The notes under the pieces are model-generated. The model did no database searches. It was given only the letters and a program-made list of their open reading frames with translations, and was not told the DNA's origin. A stretch of DNA of 64,000 nucleotides from contig JBEPVF010000006.1 in NCBI GenBank assembly GCA_041691135.1, positions 19,059 to 83,058 of the forward strand. Direction: 5' to 3'. This DNA comes from Candidatus Peribacteria bacterium (GTDB lineage Bacteria; Patescibacteriota; Gracilibacteria; Peribacterales; Peribacteraceae). The position numbers were made by a program, and so were the translations under genes. Positions 39,701-49,868 of the stretch are shown in pieces (within the stretch, counting starts at the first letter, position 1; each line of letters starts with the position of its first letter).

Positions 39701-40185
39701 AAGTTACGACCGTTTAGCGGCAGATCTTTAACTGCTTGCTCTCCAATCACAGTCCCCAGAGTTGAACTTGTAGAGTTCAATAACTCACCTTGCCCTTGCA
39801 CTTCGACCGTTATCGAAGCAGCCCCAACTGAGAGCTTTGGGTTAATGGTGATGCTCTGATTTACATCGAGCTTGATTGAATTCGTTGTCATCGACTGAAA
39901 GCCTTCTTTAGAGATCGTCACCTGATAGTTTCCCGTTGGCAACAATGTCAAAAGATATTCTCCGTGCGAGCCACTCTGTGTTGAACGGGCAGCTCGGGTA
40001 TCAGTGTTCACGACGTTAATATTCGCGTCGGGAACGGCCGCCCCGGTTGAATCTTGAACAGTCCCGGTAATTTGGCCCGTCGTCGTTTGCGCAGCTAGTC
40101 GATAGCTCGACAGCACAAATATTGCAACAGCTATGACATAAAAAAACTTACATATTATTCTCACTCGAAGCCTCCGGGAAAACAT
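36736..40185 (-). CDS. TonB-dependent receptor (Oar-like)
   Basis: 1149 aa; LPLNGRNF, QNEFGGTIGGP and FRAEAFNVFN motifs; terminal LQFALKLSF. Confidence 0.95.
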   Translation of the reverse strand: MFSRRLRVRIICKFFYVIAVAIFVLSSYRLAAQTTTGQITGTVQDSTGAAVPDANINVVNTDTRAARSTQSGSHGEYLLTLLPTGNYQVTISKEGFQSMTTNSIKLDVNQSITINPKLSVGAASITVEVQGQGELLNSTSSTLGTVIGEQAVKDLPLNGRNFTQLLTLVPGATPVSTSQGARIGTDDGGAVAIPGSSFSNPAINGQQNRETLYLLDGVVNTDFRTTTYTVLPIIDGISEFKVQSHNDDPAFGSVLGGVVNLISKSGTNQFHGSTWEFIRNNAFNARNPFTDINSDGSAKKVGAFHQNEFGGTIGGPVRIPKLYNGMDKTFFFFGYEGWRFSNPTASLYNVPTDTEISGNFTVSHSNTQIFDPTTTTFNSTTQTYTRQQFANSMIPSGRINAQMQGYIQAYFDRPNLTGNSNFNEILNAPSTNNDNNYQGRLDQVVTKKDTVFFRWSNMFSFLNQPSTHKLSNTTDFGGLNIGAGITHVFSPKMVLNINGGRASRAFTFVNLSTVGLAPLTQLGFQGIDQYGPVAVNLAAYGGSGLNSTALRRNSSWSVGGVLNWQLGRHSLSFGSTVIEQYRSQHGTGQNLNFDTAQTADPANLSTTGNAVASALLAYPSSGNFQGQNTIKYGIPAYAIYAGDSWKVTPKLTMNLGLRYDRQNQPSFTAGMNNGFNFDTGNWEIGGGVLPPSCLAKPVAPCIPGASTDAAVNLAAIIGRDGSVAGSHIIVSPVASRAPASLNLQFGPRVGFAYMIQPSTVVHGGFGIVYDTLNGISQLLSNTVGEWPAKGSVSQTYNVLGTPLVTVTAAQASVGTPLTTGGPFNDSNYYYSPKFRPPYSEQFNLLVEHSFSKKTLLSAGYVGSVSRHLDYNSGGANSAVTPGPGTAAQVNARRPFPYMTNFHYDSSRGTGNYNSFQAKLEQRLANGLQALVSYTFSKSLDTGSGLFNAEDGPGTSMENYYDPGSNYGPSGYNIPQFLSISALYELPFGKGKPFLKSGPISYVLGGWQVNTLTQFRSGQSYSLGVNGDIANVGTGGNERPNQVGNPNLSHPTYKLAFNKSAFVAPASYTFGNVRKGSMRGQPYKNADLSLFKNFPFAETGNVEFRAEAFNVFNIINPGLPDGNFSDTNFGVINSIAGLPRQLQFALKLSF

Positions 40186-40258
40186 TTACTGAGATTCCAG
40201 TAATGTCAAAAAGCGCATGGACATTGTGGAGGAAAAGATAGGGGGAGAAAGGCACGAC

Positions 40259-40287
40259 TGTCAATATATTATTCGATAACTTTATCG
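40259..40287 (-). promoter_or_regulatory. -35 box and palindromic candidate LacI operator for the island TBDR
   Basis: Minus-strand TTGACA at 40259-40264; CGATAA-CT-TTATCG palindrome at 40274-40287. Confidence 0.5.
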
Positions 40288-41139
40288 CAATAGATTCTGC
40301 TATAGATGAACTAAGTGCAATATCAACAATAAGTTAAGTGGAATTGATGAATGGCAGAAATAATTTCACAGGTGACAATTAATTATCGTATATGGTGCAC
40401 TATTTTAGGCCAGCGCTGATATTTGGATGGTCCAACTGTCGTGGTGTTCGTACTCCTCGACGCGACAACGCAGTCTGGTGCTGCTACGCCGCGAACTTCT
40501 AAAACGAACCTATCTGAAGAGGATTACAGCTATGACCTTGATACGAGCCGTGCACAAGATGCTAGCTTTGCGACCGGATTCCGCTTCACGGAAAATGCGA
40601 TGAACTTCATCGTGGAAACCGAGAACGGAGCGGAAGTAGTAAAGAGGATAATGCCAAAGTGACGATCTGAGCGCTTCGGATTTACAAACGGCGGACGCCC
40701 ATTCTCGCAAGGCTACAGTTACAATCTGTTTGCGGAGAATTCAATCGCCGTTAGATATTATTGGATGAGTAATAAGCAACAACTACGCTCAGGCTCACCT
40801 CATTCAAAATAGGGAATTCCCACAGCATGTGAGACCTGCTCAAGCTGCAAACGTTAGTTTGATGACAAGTTGAGCTTGGACTACATGCTATTGAGCAAAG
40901 TAAACGATTATTCTAAATTTACGCAATCCCTCTGTTCGAAATTTAACTCCGACACTACGCAAAGGTGAGACTGCGCAAATCCGAACAACCACGCCGTCCT
41001 CCCGATCGGCTCCCTCGAAAGCTCGGGATCAACGGTATCCCTGAACGGGCATCCCCCGAATTTCATTGCCGATTACCTGACCATACTGCAGCAGAAGCTG
41101 CACGGTTCAATGTCCCTTAATTTCAAGTACCTTGTATAT

Positions 41140-41800
41140 TGCAATGTATGACTGTATTGCCTCAACAGCAACCTCTGGAGAGCAATTCGAACGCTTAGAA
41201 GAAAGCGGCCCTCCTTACGTTCTTATAGATCGTAATTTTCCGGGGCATCCAGCCAATTTCGTTGGCATTGATGATGTTGCGGCCGGCCGCATAGCTACCG
41301 AACACCTAATTAATATAGGCTGTCGTCTTGTGGCTCATATAGGCGGAAGAAGAAACAGCACTGGAGTGAGCAGACTGGAGGGATACAACAGGCTCTCCAC
41401 ACTCGCCATAAGTCTTACTTAAAAGAGTATGTAGCAAGCCGCACAAATGTCGATACGGATAGCAAGCAACATGGCGCAGAGGCAATGCGATCCTTACTGC
41501 AGTGCAATCCCCTACCCGACGGGGTCTTCTGTTATAAGGATCCGCTCGCAATCGGAGCTATGGACGCAATTCTCGAAGCTGGCTTACGAATACCGGAAGA
41601 CATTGCTATCTTCGGCTGCGGAAATTTGCACTACGACAGTTCTCTTCGCGTCCCATTATCCAGCATCGATCAACACAGCCACTTGATTGGACGGCGCGCA
41701 GGAGAGATTGTCTCGATCTTATCGAATCAAAAGTGCAGCAGCCATCGCGAAGCATCCTGCTCGATCCGGCGCTCGTCATTCGCTCCTCTTCACGAATGCA
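41140..41800 (+). pseudogene. LacI-family regulator remnant (helix-turn-helix missing, frameshifted)
   Basis: Fragments PYVLIDRNF..NFVGIDDVAAGRIATEHL and PDGVFCYKDPLAIGAM..IPEDIAIFGCGNL..LRVPLSSID lie in different frames and resemble the LacI at 10806. Confidence 0.85.
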
Positions 41801-42142
41801 AGCACATACGAGAAGACTGACCTCGCCCGTCAAAAAATACTCGCAGCAAACGTAGCTTCAGTCCGAGTGCTCAGGTAGTCCGGATGGCCAGGTGTTTGCA
41901 AACCCATAGCCAATCGCCTTTTGTACTTCTCTTACGAGGGAGAAGTCGAGCGCGTTCTCAGCTGAGAGTACATTGAGTTTCACTTCTTAAGCCGTTGCCA
42001 TTCCAATTATGGTGCTTGTGACGGAGGGATGTGCTAATGAGAACTGTAGGGCAAGCGTTGATATATCCGTGCCGTGCTTTAATGCCACCTCTGTAAAGCG
42101 GAAAAAGTCGAATTTACTCAAATCGTTCAACCGCTAAGCTTG

Positions 42143-43252
42143 CTATTTGATTCGCTGCCTTGCATATCTAATTTCGTTATAGCCGTTACTTTGAGTAATC
42201 GGACCGATCTCGAAAAGTGTGTTCATATCCCGTAGAACTACCAAGCAGCGACTATACCCTTTTCCCAGGACAGAACCGACCTGCGTCCAACTCGAGCCTG
42301 AAACGGCATAGGCCTTATTGGTGAATAAATTGTTCGAACTGTTTGAAACAGATACCAACGTTCCATCTGCTCCGCCAGAAGGCATCCAAACAATGTACGG
42401 GGTTCCTCCGGATCCAGGAATCTTCGTTCCCACATTTGGCGCATCCCAAATCTCTGGATTCTGAGTAATCTTATAGCTTGTATATTGAGTGCCATCACAA
42501 ACGCACTCCCAGGTCATGATATAGCTTCCGTTCCCCATTTTGGCCACTACCGGCATCCCAGGACGCTCACTCGGCGCGATCGCCACATCCTCAATTGTTC
42601 TACCCCAGTTCACTCCGTCTGCTGAAGTCTGGTGAACTATCATCTGATTATGAAGGGGCTTACCCCGCTCGTCTGAATAATAGACAATGAGCTTCCCGTT
42701 CGCTAGCAATGCGAACGGTTCCCACACTGGACTATGCTTGCTATCCGGAATTGCGTTGCCTCCATCGGCAATATGGCTCACAAACATCCATGTCGCGCCT
42801 TTATCGTTGCTTTTGTACATATCGATTTGAGTTTTGGAGAGATCGGGTGGAATCGAATTGCCGAAGCACAAGATGGTTCCCGCAGGCATGAGACCTAAAG
42901 GTTGTGGCAACTCGTAAAGAAATGGCTGCAATCGCATTCCCCATCCGTTCCGAGTATCGGTCACGTCGGAAAGATGGGACCAGGTAGCTCCTCCATCGGA
43001 ACTGCGGTAAACCGGAAATACCGGAACGCCACGGGTATACTGCTCAAATGTTGCAAGCATGTAACCATTTTTAGCGCCCGCATGCTTGAGTTGAATAGCC
43101 CGTGGATAGAGTGATCCTGGCTTAGGACTTGGACTGCGAGGCCCATACATGGTGGAAGGTCGATCTATCGCTGCCCAGACGCGCACACTAGACGAAAATA
43201 GAAAAATTAAACTAAGCGTAAAACATAAAATCTGGCCAAAAAAATGTTTCAT
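42143..43252 (-). CDS. Secreted BNR/Asp-box beta-propeller glycosidase (GH93 exo-arabinanase-like)
   Basis: AAGGAG RBS and signal peptide; LYPR, SSDGGATW, QPFLYELP, VWEPF, YYSD and RPGMP motifs. Confidence 0.8.
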   Translation of the reverse strand: MKHFFGQILCFTLSLIFLFSSSVRVWAAIDRPSTMYGPRSPSPKPGSLYPRAIQLKHAGAKNGYMLATFEQYTRGVPVFPVYRSSDGGATWSHLSDVTDTRNGWGMRLQPFLYELPQPLGLMPAGTILCFGNSIPPDLSKTQIDMYKSNDKGATWMFVSHIADGGNAIPDSKHSPVWEPFALLANGKLIVYYSDERGKPLHNQMIVHQTSADGVNWGRTIEDVAIAPSERPGMPVVAKMGNGSYIMTWECVCDGTQYTSYKITQNPEIWDAPNVGTKIPGSGGTPYIVWMPSGGADGTLVSVSNSSNNLFTNKAYAVSGSSWTQVGSVLGKGYSRCLVVLRDMNTLFEIGPITQSNGYNEIRYARQRIK

Positions 43253-43369
43253 AAAGCTCCTTTTTGGGGCGAATTGCAGATTGTCCATAAAATGCGATCG
43301 TGTATCTTTAGCTTTTCGATGGCGAAGCGTTCAATTTGGGAGTGCGCCTGAAGCCAATCCAGCAACTCC

Positions 43370-44473
43370 CTACTGCCGGCCATTGCCTTGTTTGCGCTGT
43401 TGCGAAACCCATTGAAGAGCGTCCACCGTCTCCCTGTTACCTGGACTCAACGAAAGCGCTTTCTGCAACTCAGCCTTTCCTTCATCCAAATATCCCGCAT
43501 GGCATTGGGCGAGTCCCAGGTGTTGATGCAGACTTGCCTGCAATTCGCAGTTACCGCACATGACAATTGCCTGCCTAAACAAAGCAATTGCTTGCGCCCA
43601 ATCCTGTTTGAGCATAAGTGAATAAGCGTGATTGGCTGTTTTTGTAACTTGCTCTAAAGCTTGAGACCTTTCCTGCAAAGTCCGGAATTGCTCCATTAAT
43701 CGTTTCGATTCCTCTGAATCACGAGTTCGAAGCGCTTGGCCCAAGTTGTAAATAGCCTCTACATACTCGGGATTGAGAGCGACCGCGCTGCGCCATGCTT
43801 CTATCGCCTCGCCTTCCCGCCCTTGGTTCTGAAGGCTCTTGCCAAGCAGAAAATAAGCATGAAAGTTTTTCGGATCTAGGACAACAACTTTTTTCAACAA
43901 GAGCGATTCCTTCGCATCATGGTGGCATTTTGATTCAAAGATCGCCCAGAAGAAAAATACTTCAGCATCTTTTGGAGCAAGTAAGGATGCCTCCTGAAAC
44001 TCTGCGCGGGCGGCTGTTGCCTTGTCCGCATCGGCCAATATGCGTGCACGATTGAGATGTGCCGCCGCAGACTTCGGATCAATTTTGATAGCTTTGTCTA
44101 TCTCGGATAGCGCATCCCGCGAATTAGAACTGTCTGCGAGGACAATCGCCAAATTCAGATGTGCATCTCCCGATTCCGGAGCTGCCAATACGGCCTTGCG
44201 CAGTAGCAGGATTGCTTCTTTCTCTTCCCCCAGACGGGCCTTTATTTTTCCCAGCAAAGTTAGTGCTTCTGCGTTACCGGGAGCCAGCAAGACCGCTTTT
44301 TCCAGTGGAATCTCCGCTTCCGCAAGCCGACCCTTTCTTGCCAGACCCTCGCCTTCGCGCTGCAGCGCTGCAATATCATCAAAGCGCTTTTGCGGACCTT
44401 GAGCGCGCCCAAAGTGACCAAGCAAGCTGGAGCAGCAAATCAAAGCCGTAAAAACTCTTTTGGAATAGTTCAT
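43370..44473 (-). CDS. Secreted tetratricopeptide repeat protein
   Basis: Many TPR units (AHLNLA, AYFLLG, AIYNLG); signal-like N-terminus from MNYSK. Confidence 0.88.
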   Translation of the reverse strand: MNYSKRVFTALICCSSLLGHFGRAQGPQKRFDDIAALQREGEGLARKGRLAEAEIPLEKAVLLAPGNAEALTLLGKIKARLGEEKEAILLLRKAVLAAPESGDAHLNLAIVLADSSNSRDALSEIDKAIKIDPKSAAAHLNRARILADADKATAARAEFQEASLLAPKDAEVFFFWAIFESKCHHDAKESLLLKKVVVLDPKNFHAYFLLGKSLQNQGREGEAIEAWRSAVALNPEYVEAIYNLGQALRTRDSEESKRLMEQFRTLQERSQALEQVTKTANHAYSLMLKQDWAQAIALFRQAIVMCGNCELQASLHQHLGLAQCHAGYLDEGKAELQKALSLSPGNRETVDALQWVSQQRKQGNGRQ

Positions 44474-44756
44474 AGATGGATTCCCCGATCTGCTAAACGT
44501 CAATAATGGACTTCCTTCATGGCTGCCACTAAATATCCTTACTCTGCGCAAAAGTAAATGGTATGAACCGCGTAGGAACTGGCCGCCTTAACCACAGGGG
44601 GATCCCTCCCCGCCTCAACCTCAATGACAATTTACGGAAGACGGACTGGTGAGGCACAACGAGCGCCACGTCGCACTATATTATTAGTGAAAAATTACTG
44701 TCAATAGGAAATATTAGTCGATTGCTGTAGCGTTGACTTAGCGGAACGGAGCAACA

Positions 44757-46670
44757 TTGGAAAAACTCAAACGGCTGTTCGGAGGCAATAAAAGCAGACA
44801 CGCTTGCATCGCCGCATTGCTTCCAGGAGTAATTGCCTTGTTCAAATCTGTGTCCCCGATTGTCATAATTCTAGGTTTTTTGATAGCGTTTCCGCTGAAG
44901 GGTCAGCTTCCCGCGCCTCCAGCGCCCACACCAACTGGAGGCGCGAGTACGGGCGGAATCTTTCCCGCTGTTCATGATGCGAAGCACCAGCCTATTACGG
45001 CTGGCGGCTTCGTCTCCACGGGGGCTAGAATTTTTGAGGATGTAACGCAACATTCCGGACTAGGTTCGTGGGCTCACAGGATGGGAAATCCGGATAAGCG
45101 CTACATCATAGAGACGGACGGTTCCGGGGTTGCTCTGCTTGATTACGACAACGATGGTTGGCTCGATATTTATTTGGTAAACGGATCAACCTACGAGGCC
45201 TTAGCCGGAAAAGCTAATCCACCGCATGCTGCGCTGTTTCACAATAACCACGACGGCACATTTACTAATGTGGCGAGCCAGGCGGGAGTTGAGAATGACC
45301 GGTGGGGCTTCGGCGTGGCCATCGGAGACTACGACAATGACGGCTGGCCAGATATTTATGTCACAAACTTCGGCGAAAATCGGCTCTATCACAACAACCA
45401 TGATGGTACGTTTACTGATGTAGCTGTCACTGCCGGCGTGGCACTGTCCAATTGGTCTACAGGAGCAACATTCGGCGATTATGACGGCGATGGGCGGCTC
45501 GATCTTTTTGTGCCTGGCTATGTTCATTACGAAGTGGCGAATCCACCCCAGTCTGGAACGGACGCAGCATCATTTCACTATTGCCAATTTCGCGGTATAG
45601 ATGTCTCCTGCGGGCCACGTGGCCTAAAAGGTGAACAAAATCATCTCTTTCACAATAATGGGGACGGCACCTTTACAGATGTCAGCAAAAAAGCTGGAGT
45701 AGAGGACGCACGCGGCAACTATGGATTTACTGCTCTCTTCGCCGACCTGAATGGGGATGGCAAAGCAGATCTTATCGTCGCCAACGACTCCACCTCCAAT
45801 TATTTTTATGCCAATCAAGGGAACGGGACATTCGCAGATGAAAGTTATTCATCTGGATTGGCTGTCAATGGAGATGGGCGAGGGGTGGCTGCCATGGGTC
45901 TGGCCGTTGGAGATTACCGCAACACTGGAAGGCTCGATGTAGCGATCACCGATTTTTCCGATGACTCCGATGTCCTCTTTCGCAACGATGGCAACGGGAT
46001 GTTTACAGATGTCAGCGCTGCTGCAGGGCTAGTCGAAACTACGACCCCATTCCTAGGCTGGGGAATTGGTTTTATGGACTACGACAACGATGGATGGAAA
46101 GACCTCTTCATAACTAACGGCCACGTGTACCCAATCGTCGACCGGAACGACTGGGGCACAAGCTATGCAGAAAGGCCGCTGCTGCTGCACAATCTACACG
46201 GTCGCAGCTTTGAAGAAGTTCCTCCTGTTAAGGATACGGGGCTGGCCATCGTTACGTCCGGACGCGGGGCCGCATACGGCGATCTGTTCAACGACGGGAA
46301 GATTGATGTAGTGATTAATAATCTGGACCAAGCACCGACGCTTCTTCGCAATGTTTCAAGAGACCATCACTCTTGGGTTGAACTAAAGCTCATCGGTGGT
46401 GCGCAAAGTCCTAGGGACGCTGTCGGAGCCACTGCTTATTTGACTACAAATGGCATACGACAACGCGGCGATGTGTTGAGTGGCGGCAGCTTCATGTCCT
46501 CCAATGATCAGCGAATCCATTTCGGACTTGGAAATGCACAGAAGATTAGTTCTGTCGAAATCCATTGGACCAGTGGACTTACAGAACATGTTAGCCTTCC
46601 AGGCATCAATCGGATATTCACTATCAGGGAAGGAAGTGGGATCGTAACGCAACTCCCCAGTTCGGAATAG
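44757..46670 (+). CDS. CRTAC1-family protein (FG-GAP repeats plus ASPIC/UnbV domain)
   Basis: Repeated DYDNDGWLD motifs; C-terminal GGSFMSSNDQRIHFGLG; start uncertain. Confidence 0.92.
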   Translation: MEKLKRLFGGNKSRHACIAALLPGVIALFKSVSPIVIILGFLIAFPLKGQLPAPPAPTPTGGASTGGIFPAVHDAKHQPITAGGFVSTGARIFEDVTQHSGLGSWAHRMGNPDKRYIIETDGSGVALLDYDNDGWLDIYLVNGSTYEALAGKANPPHAALFHNNHDGTFTNVASQAGVENDRWGFGVAIGDYDNDGWPDIYVTNFGENRLYHNNHDGTFTDVAVTAGVALSNWSTGATFGDYDGDGRLDLFVPGYVHYEVANPPQSGTDAASFHYCQFRGIDVSCGPRGLKGEQNHLFHNNGDGTFTDVSKKAGVEDARGNYGFTALFADLNGDGKADLIVANDSTSNYFYANQGNGTFADESYSSGLAVNGDGRGVAAMGLAVGDYRNTGRLDVAITDFSDDSDVLFRNDGNGMFTDVSAAAGLVETTTPFLGWGIGFMDYDNDGWKDLFITNGHVYPIVDRNDWGTSYAERPLLLHNLHGRSFEEVPPVKDTGLAIVTSGRGAAYGDLFNDGKIDVVINNLDQAPTLLRNVSRDHHSWVELKLIGGAQSPRDAVGATAYLTTNGIRQRGDVLSGGSFMSSNDQRIHFGLGNAQKISSVEIHWTSGLTEHVSLPGINRIFTIREGSGIVTQLPSSE

Positions 46671-46680
46671 CCCCAATTAA

Positions 46681-46851
46681 CCAGGAGCATTCCGAGTTAG
46701 GCCGCACGGGGATGGGTTACATGAGGCTGTGATGCGTAATGCTTTCGGCCGGTTCCTGCAGCTTGGATTCGTCAAAGGTGCGCTGGGGATTGGTGGGGAA
46801 TTAGCAAATGGTGTCGATGGCGAGATGCTGGAATGCGCTGCTGTGCTGTAT
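46681..46851 (-). pseudogene. ParB/Spo0J N-terminal remnant (not in the ORF track)
   Basis: GGAGG, then ATA (dead start) QHSSAFQHLAIDTIC*FPTNPQRTFDESKLQEPAESITHHSLM*PIPVRP, a ParB box with two stops. Confidence 0.8.
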
Positions 46852-46935
46852 AGTGCCTCCTTAGGGTGGGTTGGTACGTGCGGGGTGGTTAGAGTGGAAT
46901 GGCCTGGGCCGTCCGCCCTCGTGGGAGAGAATTTG

Positions 46936-47026
46936 TTAGCTGGCTTGGGCCAGTCTGGTGTCGGCTTCAACCTCGGTCTGTTCCGCTGTGCCGGGCCGGT
47001 GTCTCGATAGCGGAAAGAATCAAGGC
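46936..47026 (-). pseudogene. Possible C-terminal remnant of an ArdC-like ICE protein
   Basis: Frameshifted ALILSAIETP.../TAEQTEVEADTRLAQAS* just upstream of the parB relic; resemblance is from memory only. Confidence 0.35.
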
Positions 47027-47516
47027 TGACAACACAATGAATGGTGGATGAGACCTGTGATCTCATCCACCCAGACCGACGACTACTCTTCGTGGGCGCC
47101 GTCAGAAGGATCGTCGGCGGCCTCCACTTTGGAGGGCCGCTTCATGCAACGAGAGGGGAGGAAGTCTCTCCCTGGCTCTCGCAGCTCCGCGTCTGAGCCA
47201 CCACCTTGTATCTTGCAGCGTTTGCCGATACCAATGATTCTCTACGTCAAACCGAATTGTTTAAGGCATTAGTTCTTCGCAGCATGTTCAATATTTATGC
47301 TGCTCGCTGTTCGCCTGACTTATTACAATCCACGGTTTAAAATCGGTGCTCAACTCGTCAGGTTCTGAGTTATTTTGGTTTACTTTTGATAGTGAAGCAA
47401 AAAGAATTGATTGTAAGTAAAATCAAAAACTATAGTAGTTTGCTTGGCCATGCACGAATCGGAGCCAGCCCCTGAAACAAAAGAAATCAACCCCGACCAC
47501 CACAGAATCTGCCGCA

Positions 47517-48098
47517 GTGGAAGAGTCGATTCGGCCTTACGCGATCGCTGAGAAGCTGCGCACCCTGCGCCTGCGCCGCAGTATGGGACTCAAGCAGCTT
47601 GCCGAACACACGGGGTTGTCCGCAGCTATGTTGTCGCGCCTGGAAAATGGTCGGCTTGTCCCTACTTTGCCGACGCTCACTCGCATTGCCCTGGTATTTA
47701 GTGTCGGACTCGACTACTTTTTCACCGATCCGCGGAAGCGTCACATCGTGGCTGTCTCCCGACGCAAGGAACGCAAGAAATTCCCGTCTGATCCGAAGTC
47801 GACCTCCGTTCCGTGGCACTTCGAGAGCCTGGATTTCCGAATCAATGAGCGGAAACTGAATGGATATCTGGCGCATTTCCATCCATTGCCTCCTGAGAAA
47901 GTCACGGCACACTTCCATCCGGGAGTAGAACTCCTCTACCTCATTGAAGGAAAGCTGGAAATGACCATTGGCGTTGAAAAGTTCCAGCTTCTCGCTGGAG
48001 ATTCCATCTATTTTGATTCATTGCAGAAACACACCTATCGAAGTTTGCTCAAGACATCTTGCACTGCAGTTGTGGTCGCTACAGGTTCTTCCACATAG
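47517..48098 (+). CDS. XRE-family HTH regulator with cupin sensor domain
   Basis: LRTLRLRRSMGLKQLAEHTGLSAAMLSRLENG helix-turn-helix; HFHPGVELLYLIEG and GDSIYFDS cupin motifs. Confidence 0.92.
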   Translation: MEESIRPYAIAEKLRTLRLRRSMGLKQLAEHTGLSAAMLSRLENGRLVPTLPTLTRIALVFSVGLDYFFTDPRKRHIVAVSRRKERKKFPSDPKSTSVPWHFESLDFRINERKLNGYLAHFHPLPPEKVTAHFHPGVELLYLIEGKLEMTIGVEKFQLLAGDSIYFDSLQKHTYRSLLKTSCTAVVVATGSST

Positions 48099-48326
48099 TG
48101 CGATAAATAAGATGGTGGGCGCCATTCCCGACTGTGGTCGTTTTCTATGATGTTGTTGCAGAATGCCATCCTTTAAATCGCATAATGCGTGTTTCTCGGC
48201 GGCAACATTTGGCTCTGCTTGCGTGATCTGCAATAAATGCAGCGATCTTTGCATGTAAAACAACTCATTGCAATTTAGGAACTCAGCTTCAGCTGGATTC
48301 TTGCACGGACGCCATATGTTCTAAGA

Positions 48327-49868
48327 ATGAGCGTTCAACAAAGCGGCGAAAAGAAACACATCGTGATCGTGGGAGCAGGTCCTGGGGGACTCGCATCTGC
48401 GATGCTTCTTGCGCAGCGAGGCTTCCGTGTTCAGGTCTTCGAAAAGCAGGACGTCATCGGCGGCCGTAATGCGGAAGTCATTCTCGGGGACTATCGTTTC
48501 GATCTTGGTCCCACTTTTTTAATGATGAAATTTCTACTCGACGAACTCTTTGCCGAGGGAGGACGCAGCTCGAGCGACTACCTGCAATTCCTGCAGCTCG
48601 ACCCTATGTATGCGCTCAATTTTCCCGGTAAAACAATGCTTGCTCGCTCACGTCCAGAGGCAATGAAGGCGGAGATCGAAAAGCACTTTCCCGGAGAGGG
48701 TGCGAGCCTGGACCGCTTTCTGGAGCGCGAGGGCCGTCGATTCAGCAAGCTTTACCCGTGTTTGCAAAAGCCCTACGGCACGCTCGCCAGCCTGGTCAGT
48801 CCCACTCTGCTTGCTGCTGTGCCACATATTGCGGCAGGGCGATCACTGCACAACGTGCTCGCCGATTACTTTCGGTCAGAAGAGCTCCGCCTCGCGTTTA
48901 CATTTCAATCCAAATATCTTGGTATGTCACCATGGGATTGCCCCGGCCTCTTCACCATGATTCCTTATACGGAATACGCACATGGTGTGTATCACGTCAT
49001 GGGTGGGCTTTGCCGCATCAGCCAAGCTTTCGCCGATGTTGCACGCGAAGAAGGCGCTGAAATCCACACCTCGTCACCGATCAGTCGCGTGCTTCTAGAT
49101 GGTCGCCGCGCCTGCGGTGTGGAACTAGCCAGTGGCGAAAAAGTCCTCTGCGACGACGTCGTTATCAATGCGGACTTCGGCCATGCCATGAGTACTCTCT
49201 TCGATGAAAAGAGTCTTGTTCGGCATAAACCCTCGACCCTTCGCAAGCGAAAATTCTCGTGTTCGACATTCATGATGTACCTCGGCCTCGATCGCGAGTA
49301 CGATGCAGAGCACCACACAATCGTTTTTGCGCGTGACTACAAAAAGAACATCGAGTCCATCACGCACCACCGCCCTGCCTTCGAAGACATGTCGATCTAC
49401 ATCCGCAATGCCGGCAAGGTGGATCCGTCAGGCGCGCCCGCCGGCCACTCTGCTCTCTACATCCTCGTCCCGGTGGCCAACAATCACAGCGGCATCAACT
49501 GGCAGGAGCATAAACAGGAGTGCCGCGAATATATCTTCCGCACCCTGCGCGAGCGCACATCTTATGGCGACATTACGCCGCACATCCGCCGCGAGCTCAT
49601 CGTTACACCTTACGACTGGGAGAAAAAGCACTCCGTATTTCTGGGCGCTACTTTCAATATGTCCCACAGTTGGGACCAGATGCTTTACATGCGCCCTCAC
49701 AACCAATTCGAAGAGTTCTCGAATTGTTATTTAGTCGGCGGTGGCACGCATCCGGGCAGTGGCCTGCCCACCATCTTTGAGTCAGCGCGGATAGCCGCCA
49801 ATCTCCTCTGTCAGAAATACGAGATGCCGCATCCCATCGCAAAGCCGGTGGAGTTGGTCCTCGCATGA
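48327..49868 (+). CDS. crtN: C30 carotenoid desaturase (4,4'-diapophytoene desaturase-like)
   Basis: GAGPGG, FDLGPTFLMM, FQSKYLGMSPW, RPHNQFEE and GGGTHPGSGLPTI; very like Methylomonas CrtN as recalled. Confidence 0.88.
   Translation: MSVQQSGEKKHIVIVGAGPGGLASAMLLAQRGFRVQVFEKQDVIGGRNAEVILGDYRFDLGPTFLMMKFLLDELFAEGGRSSSDYLQFLQLDPMYALNFPGKTMLARSRPEAMKAEIEKHFPGEGASLDRFLEREGRRFSKLYPCLQKPYGTLASLVSPTLLAAVPHIAAGRSLHNVLADYFRSEELRLAFTFQSKYLGMSPWDCPGLFTMIPYTEYAHGVYHVMGGLCRISQAFADVAREEGAEIHTSSPISRVLLDGRRACGVELASGEKVLCDDVVINADFGHAMSTLFDEKSLVRHKPSTLRKRKFSCSTFMMYLGLDREYDAEHHTIVFARDYKKNIESITHHRPAFEDMSIYIRNAGKVDPSGAPAGHSALYILVPVANNHSGINWQEHKQECREYIFRTLRERTSYGDITPHIRRELIVTPYDWEKKHSVFLGATFNMSHSWDQMLYMRPHNQFEEFSNCYLVGGGTHPGSGLPTIFESARIAANLLCQKYEMPHPIAKPVELVLA

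Noticed and set aside
40423-41130. Short ORFs between the island TBDR and the LacI remnant
   Set aside because: No recognisable motif or RBS; possibly gene debris but not assignable.
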